The notes: a model not told the origin generated them from the sequence alone. Shown: positions 18,189 through 28,167, counted from the first letter of the stretch. The stretch is 64,000 nt of DNA from an uncultured virus (IMG/VR IMGVR_UViG_3300042814_000160) (IMGVR_UViG_3300042814_000160); one strand, 5' to 3'. Made by a program: numbers and translations.

Positions 18189-18710
18189 ATGGTGACCTCG
18201 ACCCGATCCGATGTGCGCGCGGCGCTGGCGCTGGCGACCCTCTTCTTCCTGATGTTCGCCACCCCCGTGCTGGCCCAGGCCGTCCTGGCTACCTCGGCCG
18301 ACACCCCGACCGATATCGACGCCCTGTCGCATTCGAGCGCGGGGACGGTGTCGCTCGTGTGGGCGTTCTTCTCCTCGGCCTCGCTGGAGTGGATCAAGCG
18401 CAACAAGCACCTGACGCTGTTCACGACCGAGACGACCCGGGTCGCCCAGCGCGTGATTGGCGTGGTGCTGTCCATCTTCGCGGCCGCCGGGGTGCACGCC
18501 TCGTTCAACTCCGAGTTGGGCGTGCTCACCGTGACGGGGTTGGTCTGGGCCACCGCGTGGGGCGCCCTGAGCGACACCCTCCGTCAGTGGGTGCTGCAGG
18601 AATTGGTGTACCGTACGGCGGTCAAACCCTATGGGATGCCGGTCCCGGCGGTGGTGGTCCCCCCGGGCCCCCTCGCCCCGAACGCCGCCGGCCCCGTCAC
18701 CAAGGAGTAA
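18189..18710 (+). CDS. Multi-pass membrane protein with signal-peptide-like N-terminus (lysis-related?)
   Basis: AGGAG RBS; VLA|QA; several hydrophobic segments. Confidence 0.6.
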   Translation: MVTSTRSDVRAALALATLFFLMFATPVLAQAVLATSADTPTDIDALSHSSAGTVSLVWAFFSSASLEWIKRNKHLTLFTTETTRVAQRVIGVVLSIFAAAGVHASFNSELGVLTVTGLVWATAWGALSDTLRQWVLQELVYRTAVKPYGMPVPAVVVPPGPLAPNAAGPVTKE

Positions 18711-18712
18711 CT

Positions 18713-19093
18713 ATGGGATTCCCCTGGCGCAAAGTGTTGAGTGTGGGATCGGGTGTGGGCGGGATCTTCATCCCCGGGCTGGCTTCGGCCATCGCCACGG
18801 TGGAGGGGAATCTGTCTGGGCTCAAGGGTCCGGACAAGCAGAAGGCCGCGATTGCGATCGCCACCGCGGCGGTGACCACCCTCGAAGGGACCCTCGGCCT
18901 CGACGTGTTGAGCGATCCCCTCGTCATGCAGGCCACCAAGGACTTCGTCAACGCGTCGGTGGCCGTGCAAAACGCCTACGCCATGGTGGACGCGGCCGAA
19001 GCCTCGCTCCGCAAGGTGATCCTCGACGCCCAGGTGAAGGTCCACGCGCGCGCCGTGTCCAAGTCGGCCGAGGCCGGTAAGCTGGGCGAGTAG
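18713..19093 (+). CDS. Holin-like / amphipathic helical protein
   Basis: AAGGAG RBS; MGFPWRKVL...KGPDKQKAA. Confidence 0.55.
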   Translation: MGFPWRKVLSVGSGVGGIFIPGLASAIATVEGNLSGLKGPDKQKAAIAIATAAVTTLEGTLGLDVLSDPLVMQATKDFVNASVAVQNAYAMVDAAEASLRKVILDAQVKVHARAVSKSAEAGKLGE

Positions 19094-19096
19094 CCC

Positions 19097-20398
19097 ATGT
19101 TCTCCCCCCGCGCGGTCGCGGCCGCCGAGGCCCGGGTCTGTGACCAACTCGGCCTGCGCGGGGGGTTGATCCGCCGCCCCATTGACGCGTGCTGGGCGCT
19201 GCGGGAGCATTTGGACAGCCTCCGCGATGAGAGCGGCACCCTCCTCCGCCCCCTGACCCCGGAGGAGAACACCTTCATCCTCCACGAGACCCTCCTCGCC
19301 ACGATCGACTATCGCTACTGGTCGGATCGCTGGGCGACCATCGCCAAGGAGACGCAGGAAGCGGCGCCGATTTCCCCCCGCTGGGCCTCGCAGGAACTTT
19401 TCCTCGCGCGCATGGGGACCGTCGAGGACGACCATGCCGCATCGGGTAACCCCGACGGCGTGTTGATCAACATCCTCAAGGCGCGGCAGTTGGGCATCTC
19501 GACCGAGTGCGAGGTGATCCTCGCCCACCGCGTCACGACCCAGCCGACCGTGCGCGGCCTGGTCGCGGCCGACTCCCCCGAGCAGTCCGAATACCTGTTG
19601 TCCATGGCCGAATTCGTCATCGAGTCCCTCCCCTGGTGGCTGAAGGTCAAGGCGGTCCCGCCCACGGTGAAGGGGAAGATCCTCACCTTCCAGACCAACG
19701 CGTCCATTCGCGTCGGCGCGGGCAAGTCCATGCGCGGCGGGTTGGCCGACAAGGGCAAGTCCAAGGGGCAACTGGGCCGCGGGAAAACCTGGACCACGGT
19801 GCATCTCTCGGAAATCTCCACCTGGGAACGCCCCGAGCAGATCGAGGATTCCCTCATGCCCGGCGTGCCCCGCCGCGGCCACGTGTTCGTCGCACGGGAA
19901 TCGACCGCCAAGGGCCGCTTCGACTACTGGCACCGCGAGTGGAACAAGGCCCGCGATGGCGTGGGGCGCTACACGAATATCTTCATCCCGTGGTACATCG
20001 AGCCGGACAAATACTGGCTCCCCGCACCCGAAGGGTGGGAGCCCTCCCCCTCCACGAAACAGCACGCCGAGGCGGTGGAGCTGGACTCCCCCAAGTGGTG
20101 CCTCGGGGCGACCCATCGGTTGTCGAGGGAGAAACTCTACTTCTATGAAGCCACGCGCGTGTCGTTCGAGAGCGACGGCGAACTCTACAAATTCTTCGAG
20201 GAGTACCCCGCCACGCCCGAGGAGGCGTTTCAACACGCGGGGCGCTCGATTTTCCCGGCCGCCGTCCTGGAGGCGCTCAAAGGGCAGGAACGTCCGCCCG
20301 TGTCGATTTGCGCGGTCGAACCCTTGAAGGATATTGCCCAACTCCGCGATTGGGAACGCCAAGTGGAATCGGCCAAAGCGCGCGCGGTGGGGGCCTAG
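19097..20398 (+). CDS. terL: Terminase large subunit, ATPase half
   Basis: KARQLGIST, VHLSE, ESTAKG, FIPWY, EYPATPEEAF. Confidence 0.9.
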   Translation: MFSPRAVAAAEARVCDQLGLRGGLIRRPIDACWALREHLDSLRDESGTLLRPLTPEENTFILHETLLATIDYRYWSDRWATIAKETQEAAPISPRWASQELFLARMGTVEDDHAASGNPDGVLINILKARQLGISTECEVILAHRVTTQPTVRGLVAADSPEQSEYLLSMAEFVIESLPWWLKVKAVPPTVKGKILTFQTNASIRVGAGKSMRGGLADKGKSKGQLGRGKTWTTVHLSEISTWERPEQIEDSLMPGVPRRGHVFVARESTAKGRFDYWHREWNKARDGVGRYTNIFIPWYIEPDKYWLPAPEGWEPSPSTKQHAEAVELDSPKWCLGATHRLSREKLYFYEATRVSFESDGELYKFFEEYPATPEEAFQHAGRSIFPAAVLEALKGQERPPVSICAVEPLKDIAQLRDWERQVESAKARAVGA

Positions 20399-21361
20399 AT
20401 GGTCGCCGACAACGACCTCCTCCTCCCCGCCGGGCATGGGTTCCGGGCGCTCAACGCGCGCGAGTTGCGCGAACGCGATCACCTGCGTGACCTCCTCCTC
20501 GTGTGGGAACGCCCGCGCCGCCGGGGCGACCGTCGCTATGTGATGGGCGTGGACGTGGCCGATGGCTTGGGGCTCGATCGCAGCGTCATCGAGGTCGCGC
20601 GGATGGGCACGATCGAGGAGCCGGCCGAGCAGGTCGCCCAATACGTGTCGGACCAAATCTCCCCACCTGGTCTCGCCTACATCGTCCAGGCGATTGGGAA
20701 TTGGTACACCGACCCCGACGGCGTCCCCGCCTGCGCGATGATCGAGTGCAACAACCATGGGCTCTCCACCCAGGACACGCTCCAGCTCCACCTGGGCTAC
20801 ACCCACTTCTACCGCTGGGAATACCTCGACGCCGACACCCCGGAGTCGCGGTTCTCGCGCAAAATTGGCTGGTACACCACCGATCGCACCCGGCCCATCA
20901 TCCTGGACAAGTTCCGCACGGCGCTCTGCACGGTGGACCCCATCACGGGCCTGCGCGACTACGTCACCCACTCCTCGATGCTCCACGAGGAACTGCAGGA
21001 CTTCCAGACGAACGGGGCGTTGTGGGAAGCGGAAGCCGCCGCCGGCGCGCACGACGACTGCATCATGGCCGCGGCGATCGCCCACTACGGGTGTTGGCGC
21101 CTCCAGGCCGGGGAAACCGAGCCCATGGACGACCGGCGGCGCCGCGCGAGTGAACAGCAGGCGCGGCTGGCCGCCGAGGCCGTGCGTCAGGGCCGTGTGT
21201 TGGATAAAGCCGATTGGCGCAACACCCCCACCACCGCCGATGAAATGGCCTCCTACGTGGGGGATGAGCCCGAGGATTTGGATCAGCAACTGTTTGACCC
21301 GCGCCAGCTCCCCGAGCGCGACGTGGCGCGGCTATTGGACAGCCGCTTCGGTCGGGGGTAA
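20399..21361 (+). CDS. terL: Terminase large subunit, RNase H-like nuclease half
   Basis: YVMGVDVADG, IECNNHG, HDDCIMAAAIA; in frame immediately after TAG. Confidence 0.9.
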   Translation: MVADNDLLLPAGHGFRALNARELRERDHLRDLLLVWERPRRRGDRRYVMGVDVADGLGLDRSVIEVARMGTIEEPAEQVAQYVSDQISPPGLAYIVQAIGNWYTDPDGVPACAMIECNNHGLSTQDTLQLHLGYTHFYRWEYLDADTPESRFSRKIGWYTTDRTRPIILDKFRTALCTVDPITGLRDYVTHSSMLHEELQDFQTNGALWEAEAAAGAHDDCIMAAAIAHYGCWRLQAGETEPMDDRRRRASEQQARLAAEAVRQGRVLDKADWRNTPTTADEMASYVGDEPEDLDQQLFDPRQLPERDVARLLDSRFGRG

Positions 21362-21370
21362 GGTACCCCT

Positions 21371-21553
21371 ATGCCCGGTATCCTCTGGCGTGTGCTGATT
21401 GCGGTGTTGGCCGTGTTGATCACCTTCGCGTTGATCCCGCCCGTCGCGCGCGTCATCGGCCTGACGCTCAACGCCGATGTGCTGTTGATCATCAAAATCT
21501 GCGTGGCGGGCCTCGCCGCGTTCTACATCCTCAAGGGGCGGTCGCCCGCCTAG
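21371..21553 (+). CDS. Small two-TM membrane protein
   Basis: Two hydrophobic helices. Confidence 0.6.
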   Translation: MPGILWRVLIAVLAVLITFALIPPVARVIGLTLNADVLLIIKICVAGLAAFYILKGRSPA

Positions 21554-21591
21554 TCCCCCTCGCTGGTCGCGTTTGTGTTACCCTCCCGTCC

Positions 21592-22023
21592 ATGCGCGTG
21601 ACCATCCCGGACGACGTCGCCGACACCTACGCCGCCTACGCCCAGCCTACCGGGCAGGCGCTCGACACGGTCGTGACCCAGCAGCTCAAGCGGTTCGCCC
21701 GCCTGGCCCCGTCCAAGCGCGCGATCGTGCTGGGCGCCGCGGCGATCGAGACCCTCGAAGCGCGGTTGGGCGGGTTGCCCCTCCAGGATGATCAGGACCT
21801 CGTGGCTCGGGTCGCGCGCCTCGCCGGGGTGGCCTTCATGGGGCTCGACCTGCGCCTCTCGCCGGGCCAGCTCGACGAGCTGGTCACGCGCGCCGAGCGC
21901 CAAGGGAAATCCGTCGATCAGGTCATCCTCGATATCTGGGCGGTATTGGTCAACGAGTTCTTCTACGCGGGCGGGGGTGGCGAGGCGGTCGTCCCGGTGG
22001 GCGGGAAAGCGTCAGCCGCCTAA
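21592..22023 (+). CDS. Hypothetical protein, possibly ribbon-helix-helix-like
   Basis: MRVTIPDDVAD... and LRLSPGQLDEL...A..QGKS segments. Confidence 0.55.
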   Translation: MRVTIPDDVADTYAAYAQPTGQALDTVVTQQLKRFARLAPSKRAIVLGAAAIETLEARLGGLPLQDDQDLVARVARLAGVAFMGLDLRLSPGQLDELVTRAERQGKSVDQVILDIWAVLVNEFFYAGGGGEAVVPVGGKASAA

Positions 22024-22026
22024 CCC

Positions 22027-22506
22027 ATGCCCCTCCATGATTTTTTCTGTGCGCCGTGCCGGGTGGTGATTGTCGACCACTTCGTGCCGGTCCACCTCCG
22101 CGCCAGCGAGGCCCCGCCGTCCTGCCCGAAGTGCGGCGCGGCCGCCTCGTGGTACCCCGCCGTCGGCGCCATCGACGCCAAGGAACCCTTCCAGCAATTC
22201 CACGTCCAGGTCCTCCAGCGTGACGGCACCCACAAGGACGTCACGGTGGGGTCCCTCACGCAGATGCGGAAGTTGGAGCGCGAATCCGAACAGGCCCATC
22301 GCAACGGCGAAGGTCAGCCCATGCGCTTCCGGATGTGGTCGCAGGATCGCTCCAACGGCGACGTCAACACCTTCGGCCCTGACCCCGGCCAGCGTCCCGA
22401 CCCGACGTGGCTGAAAACGCGCGGTCGCGGCTCTCGCGTGACCGATGGCGACCGCGCCTATGGCCCCGGCGTGAACGACTCCAACACCTCCCCCATCCCC
22501 GAATAA
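22027..22506 (+). CDS. FmdB-like Zn-ribbon protein
   Basis: MPLHDFFCAPC...CPKCG. Confidence 0.65.
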   Translation: MPLHDFFCAPCRVVIVDHFVPVHLRASEAPPSCPKCGAAASWYPAVGAIDAKEPFQQFHVQVLQRDGTHKDVTVGSLTQMRKLERESEQAHRNGEGQPMRFRMWSQDRSNGDVNTFGPDPGQRPDPTWLKTRGRGSRVTDGDRAYGPGVNDSNTSPIPE

Positions 22507-22533
22507 CCCGCGAGTAGCGTAAACTCCCTCCCC

Positions 22534-24666
22534 ATGGGCGTGGACTTCACCGACTCCGGGATCGCGGGGCTCCCCCCGATGACCATCGAGACCCTCTCCA
22601 AGGGGGGTGACCCCCGGGTGCTGGGGTGGATCCGCGAGGCGGTCCAGGAGGGCGACCGGATCAACCGCTCCGACCCCTCGTATGACCAGATGGAAGTCGG
22701 CGCGCAATACGTCTCGGGCAACCAGTCCATCGACCCGGCCAACGCGGCGATCAAGTCCCCTACCTACATCCCGGGGCTCCAACTCAACGAGTCCCGCAAA
22801 GCGATGCAGGGGCACGTCTCGGCGCTGACCGACATCAAGCCCCTGTTCGCCTACAAGTCGATGAACCCGGCGTTCGCCCTCCAAGCCGATTTGGTGAACA
22901 AGTTGACCGTCGCGTGGTGGATCACCCGCATGGTCGATATCACCCTCGGCGACGTGGTGAAGTACGCCTGGGCCATGGGCACCGGGGACATGGTGGACGA
23001 CTGGTCCCCCACGGCTTCGCCCACCGGGGATTGCGTCGTGTCCGCGCGCGACCCCCGCGATACCCTCCCGATCCGCCCGGCGACCCACTCCTCCTCGGTT
23101 CAGGACTGGGAAGGGGTGGTGTTCCGCGAGGCGCACACGGTGAACGTGTTGCGGGGGTTGTACCCGACCCTCGCCGGGGGCTTCCGCCCGACCACCGACT
23201 CCCTCCTGAACACCCTCATGGGGCGCTGGAAACAGTACGCCATGCGGTTCGTCTCGCCGGCGGCCGACACCCTCTCGGGGCTCGATATCCCCGCGGCCGC
23301 CTCGCGCGTGCGATCCGGGGAATGCCTCCTCTACAAGACCTACCTGACCGATCGCTCCCGGAACCTGACCCAGAAGGACATCCCCATGGGCACGCCCGGG
23401 GCGACCTGGTCCTACGTGGTCAAGCCGGGTGGGTATCTCTACCCCTATAAACGGCTGATCGTCGCCACGCCCGACATGCTGGTGTATGACGGCCCCAGCC
23501 CCTACTGGCATGGGCAGTTCCCCGTGTCGCGGTTGAAGCTGTGGTCACTCCCGTGGCAGTTCCTGGGCATCCCGGCGCTCAATGACCTCCGCCCGGTGCA
23601 GGACGGGATCAACACCACCGCGCAGGATTTGATGCTCGGGATCCGCAAGTGGATGGACCCGGCGGTGTCGTATGACCGCAGCGCCGTGTCCGAAACCTTC
23701 ATGCGCCTGTTCGACCCGCGCCGCACCGGCCAGAAGGTCAAACTCACCCAGATGGGGGTGGAGCGGGGGTTCAAAATTCACGAGGGCCCCGCGCCGCAGG
23801 TGTTGGCCATCGCGCTCCAGACCCTGATTTACCTGCAGTCGCAATTCGCCGACAAATCCGGCACGCCCAACCTGCAGCAGTTGATGGAACTCCGGCAATT
23901 GCCTGGGGCCGAGACCATCCAACGCTACTGGGAGGCCCTGACCCCCGAGTTGCGCCAGGAGGGCCGCCAGGTCGAGTCCTTCATGCGCGACACGGCCGAG
24001 CGCCTCAAGACCCTGCGCTTCCAGTTCGAGTCGAACGCCAAGCGGGTGGCGATCCTCGGTGACGCCGGCCAGCTCCTCCAGGACTTCGACTTCGAGCCGT
24101 CGGCGATGGTCCCGGCGATGCAGCAGGGCGACCCGGGCTACCAGCCCGATTTGGACGCCTCGCTCCCGCGGCACGAGCGCGCGAAGGCGTTCCACAAAAC
24201 GATTATTTTCACCCTCGCGCCCAACTCCATCCTCTCGATGAACGCCACCGAGGGGAAGATGCTGCGGTTGCAACTCGCGCGCGGGGGGATGTACGACTTC
24301 TGGTCCCTCTGCGAGTCGCTCGAAATCCCCAACGTGGGCGCGCCGCCGGCGATTATGCTCCCGCCCCTCGACCCGGCGAAGGCCAAGGCCGAAATCGAGC
24401 AGATGATGCTCCTGCCGGGCGGCGCCGCCCAGTTGATGGGCAAGTACTCCATCGACCCGATGACCGGGGCCATTCTCGAACAGCGCATCCCCAACACCGT
24501 TACCGAGCGGCTGATCGCCCAGCAACAGTTGGGCCTCGGCATGACCGAATCGCCCGCCGGCCGCAAGGCCAGTGGCCAGGCCCCGCCGCAGATGGAACAG
24601 AAGTCCGACGGCCGCACCACGGTAACCGAATCCAAGCACGAGCCGGGTCCGAACAGCGATCGCTAA
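22534..24666 (+). CDS. Portal protein
   Basis: 710 aa after terL; YDGPSPYWHGQFP, LRPVQDGIN; synteny. Confidence 0.8.
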   Translation: MGVDFTDSGIAGLPPMTIETLSKGGDPRVLGWIREAVQEGDRINRSDPSYDQMEVGAQYVSGNQSIDPANAAIKSPTYIPGLQLNESRKAMQGHVSALTDIKPLFAYKSMNPAFALQADLVNKLTVAWWITRMVDITLGDVVKYAWAMGTGDMVDDWSPTASPTGDCVVSARDPRDTLPIRPATHSSSVQDWEGVVFREAHTVNVLRGLYPTLAGGFRPTTDSLLNTLMGRWKQYAMRFVSPAADTLSGLDIPAAASRVRSGECLLYKTYLTDRSRNLTQKDIPMGTPGATWSYVVKPGGYLYPYKRLIVATPDMLVYDGPSPYWHGQFPVSRLKLWSLPWQFLGIPALNDLRPVQDGINTTAQDLMLGIRKWMDPAVSYDRSAVSETFMRLFDPRRTGQKVKLTQMGVERGFKIHEGPAPQVLAIALQTLIYLQSQFADKSGTPNLQQLMELRQLPGAETIQRYWEALTPELRQEGRQVESFMRDTAERLKTLRFQFESNAKRVAILGDAGQLLQDFDFEPSAMVPAMQQGDPGYQPDLDASLPRHERAKAFHKTIIFTLAPNSILSMNATEGKMLRLQLARGGMYDFWSLCESLEIPNVGAPPAIMLPPLDPAKAKAEIEQMMLLPGGAAQLMGKYSIDPMTGAILEQRIPNTVTERLIAQQQLGLGMTESPAGRKASGQAPPQMEQKSDGRTTVTESKHEPGPNSDR

Positions 24667-24678
24667 CCCCACCCTCGG

Positions 24679-24719
24679 GTGTGTCCAACTTGACACACGC
24701 GGGGGTTCTCCTCCACACT
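24679..24719 (+). promoter_or_regulatory. Head-operon promoter overlapped by TGTGTC-N6-GACACA palindrome
   Basis: GTGTGTC-caactt-GACACAC 24679-24698; TTGACA(24690)-18-CACACT. Confidence 0.65.
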
Positions 24720-24727
24720 CTCGTCCC

Positions 24728-24802
24728 ATGGCGAAGCGCAAGGGTTCCAAGCTGGTCAAGCCGGTGACGAAGGGTCGTCCGATGACCTCGTCCTGCCGGT
24801 AA
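24728..24802 (+). CDS. 24-aa basic peptide
   Basis: MAKRKGSKLVKPVTKGRPMTSSCR, 8 nt after the -10 box. Confidence 0.45.
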   Translation: MAKRKGSKLVKPVTKGRPMTSSCR

Positions 24803-24813
24803 CGAGGTCCCCC

Positions 24814-24981
24814 ATGGCTGTGGGCAAGATGGATCAACCGACGGGTCCCTCCGGGATCCTCTCCTCCTCGCGCCCCCAATCCAAGGCGGGTGGGAAATCG
24901 ACCGTGCCCAGCAAACCCGGGTTCCTCAAGTCCCCGGGCGCGAAGATGCCCGCGGCCTCGAAGCGGATGGGCCGGCGCTAG
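24814..24981 (+). CDS. 55-aa basic peptide
   Basis: GAGGT RBS; TAG abuts next ATG. Confidence 0.55.
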   Translation: MAVGKMDQPTGPSGILSSSRPQSKAGGKSTVPSKPGFLKSPGAKMPAASKRMGRR

Positions 24982-25380
24982 ATGGCCACGATGCCCCCGC
25001 CGGTTGGTGGAATCGGCGGCGCCTCTCCATTGGACGGCCCGCCCCCGAACCCCGCGACCGAAACCGGGATGAACCCCGGCACCCCCATGTCGGCCATGGC
25101 TGGCCAGGGCGCGCTCGACCCGGCGTCCCTGCCCCCCGATGTCCTTTCTGGCATCCTGCAGGCGGGCGAGAAGATGTCCACCATGCTCGATGCGTTGGCC
25201 CAAGCCACTCCGGCCTTTGCCCCGGATTGGGCCGCAGCGAAGAACGCGCTGCTGTCGGCACTGGCGAAGGTCGCCTCGACAGGCGCGCCCCCTGCGTCAC
25301 CGTTTTCCGCCGGCCCCAACTTTCCGGGCGGCGGGACCGATCGCGGGGGGATGCCGCTGGCGTCGGGGGGCCAGAGTTAA
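24982..25380 (+). CDS. Pro/Gly-rich head-module protein
   Basis: Between portal and scaffold. Confidence 0.6.
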   Translation: MATMPPPVGGIGGASPLDGPPPNPATETGMNPGTPMSAMAGQGALDPASLPPDVLSGILQAGEKMSTMLDALAQATPAFAPDWAAAKNALLSALAKVASTGAPPASPFSAGPNFPGGGTDRGGMPLASGGQS

Positions 25381-25395
25381 GTAGGTAGGGACCCC

Positions 25396-26142
25396 ATGGC
25401 TGGACGCACGGAAGCAGGACAGGCTTTCATCAACGAACTCTTGGCGCGCATCCCCGAGGATCGGCGCGGCGCGGTGGCGGAGGCGATGAACGCCGCCCCC
25501 GACGCGATCAACTTCCTCGGCGATGGCGCCCTCCGCCAGTCCGAGTTCTCACGCAAGATGGAACAGGTGCAGAAGGACCACACGGCCCTGACCGCGTGGT
25601 ACGAGGAAAACCAGGCGCTTCTGGAGCGTGGACGGCTTGCCACCACGTCGCCCGTGATCACGCCGGTCACCCCGACCACCCCCGCGACCCCTTCATTCGG
25701 GCAGAAGGACGTCGAAGGCATTCTCAATCAACGCGAGTTGTCGTACGCGCAGGTCACCGCGCAAATGACGACCCTCGCTTCTCGGCATCTCCACGAATTC
25801 GGAGAGGTGCTCGACGTCTCGACCCTGATCAACGACCCCAAGGTGGGGCAGCTCGGGCTCGAAGGGGTGTACCGCGAGAAGTTTGCCCCGCGGTACGCGG
25901 AGAAGGCAGCCAAGGTCCAGTCGGCCGCCATCGAAACCGAGGTCCAGAAGCGTCTGGGGGAGGAGCGGGCCAAGTCGGCCCAGTTCCCCTTCCCGACCGG
26001 ACCCCGCGACCCCATGGACGTCTCGCCGCTCGAAACGCTGGAAGCCGAACAGCAGAAAGCCGAGTCCCCCCGTGGGCCGTCCGTCCAAGAGATGGCGGAC
26101 GCCTACACGGCGGCGGTCTCGAAGCGGTACGGGATCCAGTAA
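25396..26142 (+). CDS. Capsid scaffolding protein (putative)
   Basis: Helical, charged, directly upstream of MCP. Confidence 0.6.
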   Translation: MAGRTEAGQAFINELLARIPEDRRGAVAEAMNAAPDAINFLGDGALRQSEFSRKMEQVQKDHTALTAWYEENQALLERGRLATTSPVITPVTPTTPATPSFGQKDVEGILNQRELSYAQVTAQMTTLASRHLHEFGEVLDVSTLINDPKVGQLGLEGVYREKFAPRYAEKAAKVQSAAIETEVQKRLGEERAKSAQFPFPTGPRDPMDVSPLETLEAEQQKAESPRGPSVQEMADAYTAAVSKRYGIQ

Positions 26143-26174
26143 CCCCGTCCGCCGTCGGTCCGTAGGAGGCCCCA

Positions 26175-27221
26175 GTGGCGATTCAGTTCGACGAAGTCAA
26201 CACGGTTGCGACCAAGCAGATCCAGCCGGGGATCGTTGACAACTACTTCAAGGCGGGCCCCCTCATGGCCTACCTCAAGAAGCGGTTCAACCGGAAGTGG
26301 ACGGGTCCACTCATCCAGGAGAACTACGAATACAAGGCGATGACCGGCGGCGCCTACAAGAAGGGCACCGCGTTCAACACGCTCCGCGCCCAGACGCGCT
26401 CCGGGATCATCTTCACCCCGCGCTACTACGAGGTGAACATCACGGAGTTCCTGGAGGACCTCGAAGTCGAGATGGCGGGTCCCACGGCGATGTTCTCCGT
26501 CCTCAAGGCGGACATGGCCAACGCCGCGCTGACGATGTCGGCCATGCTCGAAATCGACCTCTTCCGCAACGGCCAGAACGTCGGGGGCAACGACCGTACG
26601 GCCCACCTCAACGGCCTGGAAGAGGCCCTGACCAACGGGGTGGACACCACGTGGACGGGCGCGACCTTCCCCTCCTACGGTGGACAGACCCGCACGGACG
26701 TCAGCCCCGCGCTGAACTCCCCGACGGGCCTCATCGCGGCCTCGGTCACCACGACGTCGTTCCGGATGCTGGAGCACTCGTTCCAGTCGTGCTGCATCGG
26801 CGCCGAGCGGCCCAAGCTGGGCCTCACGACCCTGCGCGAGATGGGCTTCATCGCCGAGACCTTCACGCCCCAGCAGAAGATCGACGTGCTGGACCCGGAA
26901 ATCAACTGGCCGGGCATGAAGTTCAACACGGCGACGATCGTCCAGTCGAACTACTGCCCCGGGCAGGACGGCGTGAACGACGCCCAGCTCGGCAACTACA
27001 ACAACAGCTCGGAAACCTTCTGGTGGCTGAACCCCGGCCCCACGGGTGATGACGCCTACATGCGCCTCTACATCGCGCAGTCGCCGAAGTTCGCGTTCGG
27101 CTTCACGGGCTTCAAGGGCGCGCGTGACGACAACCAGGTGAGCGGCCAGGTGCTGTTCGCCGGCAACTTCGTGGACCGGGCCCCGCGGCTGTCGCGCGGC
27201 CTCTACGGCCTCACCAAGTAA
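26175..27221 (+). CDS. Major capsid protein
   Basis: AGGAGG RBS, strongly biased codons, 348 aa, IVDNYFK..PL, LNGLEEAL; synteny. Confidence 0.85.
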   Translation: MAIQFDEVNTVATKQIQPGIVDNYFKAGPLMAYLKKRFNRKWTGPLIQENYEYKAMTGGAYKKGTAFNTLRAQTRSGIIFTPRYYEVNITEFLEDLEVEMAGPTAMFSVLKADMANAALTMSAMLEIDLFRNGQNVGGNDRTAHLNGLEEALTNGVDTTWTGATFPSYGGQTRTDVSPALNSPTGLIAASVTTTSFRMLEHSFQSCCIGAERPKLGLTTLREMGFIAETFTPQQKIDVLDPEINWPGMKFNTATIVQSNYCPGQDGVNDAQLGNYNNSSETFWWLNPGPTGDDAYMRLYIAQSPKFAFGFTGFKGARDDNQVSGQVLFAGNFVDRAPRLSRGLYGLTK

Positions 27222-27258
27222 GCCCACGCGGTTAGCACACTAGGATCAGGAGGATCGC

Positions 27259-27780
27259 GTGCCGAACAACATCGACCAACAGACCCCGTATCTCCAGTCG
27301 GGGAACCCGCGCACCGAGAACCGGCTCCCCGATAACTACTCGGCGGGCCAGCTCGGGTCGCGTTTCACGTTCGTGGACACGACGGTGTCCCCCAACCGCG
27401 CGAAGGGCTACCAGTTGGTGCAGGCGGATTCCGTCCTGTCCACGGCGACCTTCGAGGGCGCGGTCGCGTGGTGGGTCAACCGGGCGGCTTACACCGTCAC
27501 GACGGACCCGGCCAACCGGGGCCAGATCGCCGGCGTGTTCCAGACGATCGTCACCGCGGGGTACATCTGCTGCGTCCAGCAGAGCGGTCCCTCGACGGTG
27601 AAGGTCACCACGGGCACCCCAGCGGTCACGGGCAACTTTGCCGTGCCGTCGGCCACCGCCGCGACCGCGGATGCCATCGCGCTCGGCACCGCGGCCACGC
27701 ACCCGATTCTGGGCCTGTTCCAGAGCGTGGCGACCGACAACTTCGCCACGGTCGAGCTGCAGGTTCCGGGTCAGCCCTAA
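27259..27780 (+). CDS. Capsid decoration/cement protein (putative)
   Basis: AGGAGG RBS; follows MCP; followed by hairpin. Confidence 0.6.
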   Translation: MPNNIDQQTPYLQSGNPRTENRLPDNYSAGQLGSRFTFVDTTVSPNRAKGYQLVQADSVLSTATFEGAVAWWVNRAAYTVTTDPANRGQIAGVFQTIVTAGYICCVQQSGPSTVKVTTGTPAVTGNFAVPSATAATADAIALGTAATHPILGLFQSVATDNFATVELQVPGQP

Positions 27781-27787
27781 CGAGGTC

Positions 27788-27817
27788 GGGGCTGGGGGGA
27801 TGGACCCCTCGGCCCCG
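27788..27817 (+). terminator. GC-rich hairpin after capsid genes
   Basis: GGGGCTGGGGG...CCCCTCGGCCCC. Confidence 0.45.
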
Positions 27818-27849
27818 TCCCTCTCCACCGTTTTCAGGAGACGCGTACC

Positions 27850-28149
27850 ATGACGCTCGACCTCTCCGTCGCGCCGGCGGATCTCGGCGCTACCGTCCGT
27901 CGCCAGGTGGTGACCTACACGGGCCCCGTGTTGTACGCCACCGGCGGCGATGCGGTCACCCCGAACGATGTGCGAATGGGCAAAATCTTCGCCGTCCTCG
28001 GGCTGACGATCACCAACGGCACCCTCACCTACATCGGCTGGTTTGACGCGGAGAACCTCAAGATCATGTGGTTCGACATGGCCGGCGCCCAAGTCGGGGC
28101 CGTCGACCTCTCCACGTTCACCGGTCGGCTCGAATTCGTCGGGGTCTAA
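27850..28149 (+). CDS. Small virion protein (putative)
   Basis: AGGAG RBS; YATGGD motif, beta-rich. Confidence 0.6.
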   Translation: MTLDLSVAPADLGATVRRQVVTYTGPVLYATGGDAVTPNDVRMGKIFAVLGLTITNGTLTYIGWFDAENLKIMWFDMAGAQVGAVDLSTFTGRLEFVGV

Positions 28150-28167
28150 CCACCTGGTCGAGGACGG

